Shown in pieces: positions 61,181-64,000 of a stretch of DNA of 64,000 bases. The translations under genes were made by a program, and so were the position numbers. Below the pieces are notes generated by a model, which did no database searches, was not told where the DNA came from, and worked only from the letters and a program-made list of their open reading frames with translations. Location: NCBI GenBank assembly GCA_913061315.1, contig CAJXUC010000001.1, positions 72,197 to 136,196 on the forward strand, read 5' to 3'. The stretch comes from an uncultured Gammaproteobacteria bacterium. GTDB lineage: Bacteria; Pseudomonadota; Gammaproteobacteria; GCA-001735895. How positions within the stretch are numbered: position 1 is the stretch's first letter; each line of letters begins with the position of its first letter.

Positions 61181-62245
61181 ATGTCTGTTCGTTACTCTCA
61201 TAGCTCACTGATACAGTTTTCTACAGAATTATTTACTGCGGTTGGTTTGTCTCTCGAGCGGGCAAGTGTTCTGGCAACTGTTTTTGTTGAAGCTGATTTA
61301 CTTGGTTTTACAACTCACGGTATGAACCGAATATCGAGTAACCTCGACTGGTTGTCAAGGGGTGAAACGCGCATTAATGGTGAGTCTAAAGTAATAGTTG
61401 ACCGGGGCAACGTGTTTAATTGGGACGCTAATTTTTTGCCCGGTCCCTGGGTAATGTCACAAGCAATTGATGAATGCATCGAACGGGTTGCAACACGTGG
61501 TATCGTCACTGCCACAATACGTAAAAGCCAGCACATTGCTTGCCTCGGGGCTTATTGCCCAAAAATTGTTGAGGCTGGGTATGTTGCATTGATTACTTGC
61601 TCAACACCTAACGAGCATTCTGTGTGTGCACATGGTGGTATTGACCCTATATTTTCAGCCAACCCGATTGCTTTTGTAGCCCCTGCCGATGACTATCCTA
61701 TTTTGTTCGACATCAGTATGTGTATTACTGCTGGTGGCTATGTAAGCCGTGCACAACGTGCAGGTGAAAAAATGGCAGGTAAATACCTCAAGGATAATAA
61801 AGGCGTAGTAACAGATGATCCCGCTACATTTTTTTCTGATCCACCGGGTAGTATTCTTCCCATCGGTGGCATATCACATGGTTACAAAGGCTATGCGTTA
61901 TCCATGTTAACAGAATTGCTAAGCATGGCCTTAGGTGGGTATGGCCGTGCAGATGACAGTAGTGATGACGGTGAAGCTAACTCTGTATTCATACAAATAA
62001 TAGATCCACAAGCTTTTGGCTCATTAGAGGATTTCAAAAAACAAACTAACGCAATTAAATCGCTTTGTGAAAATAGCCGAAGTCAGGATGGGGAGTCATC
62101 AGTTCGAGTACCAGGACAACGGGCCTGGCACTATAGAAAGCAGCAACTTAAAGATGGGATTGAACTCTATCCGACCATTATGCAAGACCTTGCAATTTGG
62201 GCTGACAAGCTCAGTGTAAAACTCCCCACTCCAGCAGTATCTTGA
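61181..62245 (+). CDS. Ldh_2-family oxidoreductase (second paralog in window)
   Basis: 354 aa. Same family pattern as 30576-31613 (…GFTTHGMNRISS…, …SQHIACLGAY…, …GGIDPIFSANPIAF…) but clearly divergent in sequence. Confidence 0.75.
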   Translation: MSVRYSHSSLIQFSTELFTAVGLSLERASVLATVFVEADLLGFTTHGMNRISSNLDWLSRGETRINGESKVIVDRGNVFNWDANFLPGPWVMSQAIDECIERVATRGIVTATIRKSQHIACLGAYCPKIVEAGYVALITCSTPNEHSVCAHGGIDPIFSANPIAFVAPADDYPILFDISMCITAGGYVSRAQRAGEKMAGKYLKDNKGVVTDDPATFFSDPPGSILPIGGISHGYKGYALSMLTELLSMALGGYGRADDSSDDGEANSVFIQIIDPQAFGSLEDFKKQTNAIKSLCENSRSQDGESSVRVPGQRAWHYRKQQLKDGIELYPTIMQDLAIWADKLSVKLPTPAVS

Positions 62246-62366
62246 TGGAGTCATACTTGATTCTAATTACTTGACTAACGCATAAATTGCTATCTAGGTC
62301 ATAAAGGTTGTTGAGCATTTAATTTTTTAAGGTCGCTATTCGATTATGACTCCTGATTGATAAGCA

Positions 62367-63299
62367 CTAACGTAGAAAAATTAGCCAGAGGCTTAAGGTC
62401 AGAACTGACAGGGTTGTGGCTAGAATGACAGAGCTTGCAGCAATAGCTTCCCCGCGCTTGTACATAGTGGTAAATAAATACGCATTTAAACCTGGGGCCA
62501 TCGCCGCCATTAGTACAATTGAACGTATGACGTCCTCTGTAAGCTCGAACCACCAACAGACCAATAGCGAAATAATCGGATGTACTATTAGAGTCAAGGC
62601 GGCAATGACAGAAGCTTCCCAGCTGGTCTTTTTCACAGAATATCGGGTTAGTACTCCACCTAAGCCAAAAAGAGCAACAGGAATGGCTGAACGAGCCAAC
62701 AATTCAATTGATGCATAAACGGGTTCAGGCACTTGAAATCCACTGATATTAACCAACAACCCGAGACCTATTCCGATCATTAAACTGTTCTTAAACATTG
62801 CTCGAACCACAACAACAGCGGTATCACGTCCATTCCTGCCATCAGCACGGGTAAACTCCATAACAGTAATGCCAATGAAGTAACAAATTGGGGCGTTAAC
62901 AGCAAGCAATGCAAAATTGGGTGCCATAAATTCAAGACCCCAGGCACGCTCAGAAATTGGCAAGCCAAGCATCACCAAGTTAGAGAAAAGAGCCGCAAAA
63001 GCGATTCCAACTGACTCACCGGGTCTTTTTTTGAATCCAAACTGAAAAATAAGCATTGCGATAATAAAACAACTGACTGCACCGCTGTAATAGGCAATTA
63101 AAGGTCGCCATTCAAAAGCAGCATTTAAATCTAACGAATAGGTTGCCCGGAATAACAGGCATGGGATTGCAATTAATACGCCAAAACGCATTAATCCATC
63201 AATTACCGGTCCGGTTATTAATCCCATTTTTACAAATGCATAGCCAACAACGACCAGCACAAAAACGGGAATAATAATATTAAATATCTCAAAAAACAC
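62367..63299 (-). CDS. AEC-family (auxin-efflux-carrier / MdcF-like) membrane transporter
   Basis: 310 aa with about 10 TM segments. Two-repeat AEC architecture; N-terminal MFFEIFNIIIPVFVLVVVGY typical of the family. Confidence 0.78.
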   Translation of the reverse strand: MFFEIFNIIIPVFVLVVVGYAFVKMGLITGPVIDGLMRFGVLIAIPCLLFRATYSLDLNAAFEWRPLIAYYSGAVSCFIIAMLIFQFGFKKRPGESVGIAFAALFSNLVMLGLPISERAWGLEFMAPNFALLAVNAPICYFIGITVMEFTRADGRNGRDTAVVVVRAMFKNSLMIGIGLGLLVNISGFQVPEPVYASIELLARSAIPVALFGLGGVLTRYSVKKTSWEASVIAALTLIVHPIISLLVCWWFELTEDVIRSIVLMAAMAPGLNAYLFTTMYKRGEAIAASSVILATTLSVLTLSLWLIFLR

Positions 63300-63549
63300 G
63301 GTAGTTTTAGCTGCTCCTTTTGGAAAAAGCGTGGAATAAAGTTTTTAAGTTTTTTGCTAGTTATCTAATTTAGCCGTTTAGAAGGGGTGGTCCAGCAGGT
63401 CATTAAGGCCAATATTTATAATGCTAGCGAAGGTATATAGAGAGAAGGAGGTTACTATAAATTGATACCTCAAGTAATCAAAATTTACTAACCATTGTCT
63501 TATTTGACAACTGCCTATGAACAATGGAAACCGAGAAAAACCAATAACA

Positions 63550-64000
63550 CTATTCCCAAGAGGCACTTCTCCACAAGTCCATGCTTTTCAGCGCAGTAAG
63601 ATGGGCGTTCCGATCTTTAAGCATAAAAGCATCGAAATCTGAGTAGAATTTTTCCATGGACATACCAAATAAATCTTCAAAACTATCTTTCCATCCTTGG
63701 CCTGGGTTTAGTTTGTCTTTTTCAGCATAGTTTATGTAGTAATCGACTATTAATTTTTTATAGTTAGCGTCATCAAGAGACCACAGGTAGACATGTGCCA
63801 TAAAGCCACCAGTATAGGCATATGCAAACTCTCTCGCTTCTCCATTGTTTGGGTTGTTTGATGATTCATAGAGCCCACCTTTATATTCATAATCTTTTAA
63901 AGAGACGGTGTCTCCCTTTCCAGCTGCCGTGTTAATAACGCTTCGTGCTTCGTCCATATGAGCAATCATTCCAGTCCTTTGATCAACGGTTTTGTCAAAC
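63550..64000 (-). CDS. unidentified protein, 3' portion (continues beyond window end)
   Basis: The minus-strand ORF stays open to the window edge (…FDKTVDQRTGMIAHMDEARSV…YYINYAEKDKLNPGQGWKD…). No family recognised. Confidence 0.4.
   Translation of the reverse strand, partial: FDKTVDQRTGMIAHMDEARSVINTAAGKGDTVSLKDYEYKGGLYESSNNPNNGEAREFAYAYTGGFMAHVYLWSLDDANYKKLIVDYYINYAEKDKLNPGQGWKDSFEDLFGMSMEKFYSDFDAFMLKDRNAHLTALKSMDLWRSASWE

Noticed and set aside
62245-62367. 9-bp inverted repeat ggagtcata … tatgactcc between the Ldh_2 paralog and the AEC transporter
   Set aside because: The arms are separated by about 90 nt and have no T-run. It is unlikely to form a terminator hairpin and is probably coincidental.
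1-64000. Scan for tRNA/rRNA genes, CRISPR arrays, integrase/transposase/phage genes and restriction-modification or toxin-antitoxin pairs
   Set aside because: No T-loop-like GTTCGAATC/GTTCAAATC words were seen in intergenic regions. There are no regularly spaced direct repeats, no DDE or tyrosine-recombinase signatures, and no methyltransferase or Cas-like proteins, so no such features are reported.

Overview
This 64-kb window looks like chromosomal DNA from a low-GC marine gammaproteobacterium (Alteromonadales-like by gene content). It is mostly metabolic and housekeeping genes, with no phage, integron, CRISPR or restriction-modification signatures. Read left to right: partial unknown CDS; yrdA-like gamma-carbonic-anhydrase-fold protein; ubiA; DMT exporter; pdxJ; a large PAS-GAF-PAS-GGDEF-EAL c-di-GMP protein; IclR regulator; an eroded TRAP transporter operon (dctP/Q/M remnants); an intact GMC (choline-dehydrogenase-like) oxidoreductase; a CaCA Na+/Ca2+ antiporter. 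Next comes an intact TRAP transporter (DctP-type binding protein plus fused DctQM permease) flanked on both sides by short remnants of GMC-oxidoreductase C-termini. A complete methylcitrate-cycle operon follows (GntR-type prpR, prpB, prpC, acnD, prpF), divergent from gltA-acnB. A dense catabolic island spans 30.5-42 kb: Ldh_2-family dehydrogenase, class-III omega-transaminase, a GcvT-family folate-dependent demethylase-like protein (DmdA-like hypothesis), a frameshifted MmgE/PrpD gene, acyl-CoA dehydrogenase, family-III CoA-transferase, divergent LysR, CitE-like acyl-CoA lyase, crotonase and an HMG-CoA-lyase-like lyase. After it lies a decayed hydantoin / reductive-pyrimidine locus (hydantoinase, PreT-like and NCS1-permease pseudogene fragments, with an intact M20 carbamoylase). 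Then a cytosine-salvage module (BMP-family ABC transporter, Fcy1-type cytosine deaminase, upp); dcyD-like PLP enzyme; LysR; GNAT overlapping DNA polymerase II; deaD; a DUF547-like secreted protein; a second Ldh_2 paralog; AEC transporter; and a partial unknown CDS. The most notable signals are the reciprocally decayed GMC-plus-TRAP modules, the tandem duplication at the dctP/dctQM junction, and the heterogeneous CoA-ester island with an embedded GcvT-family enzyme.
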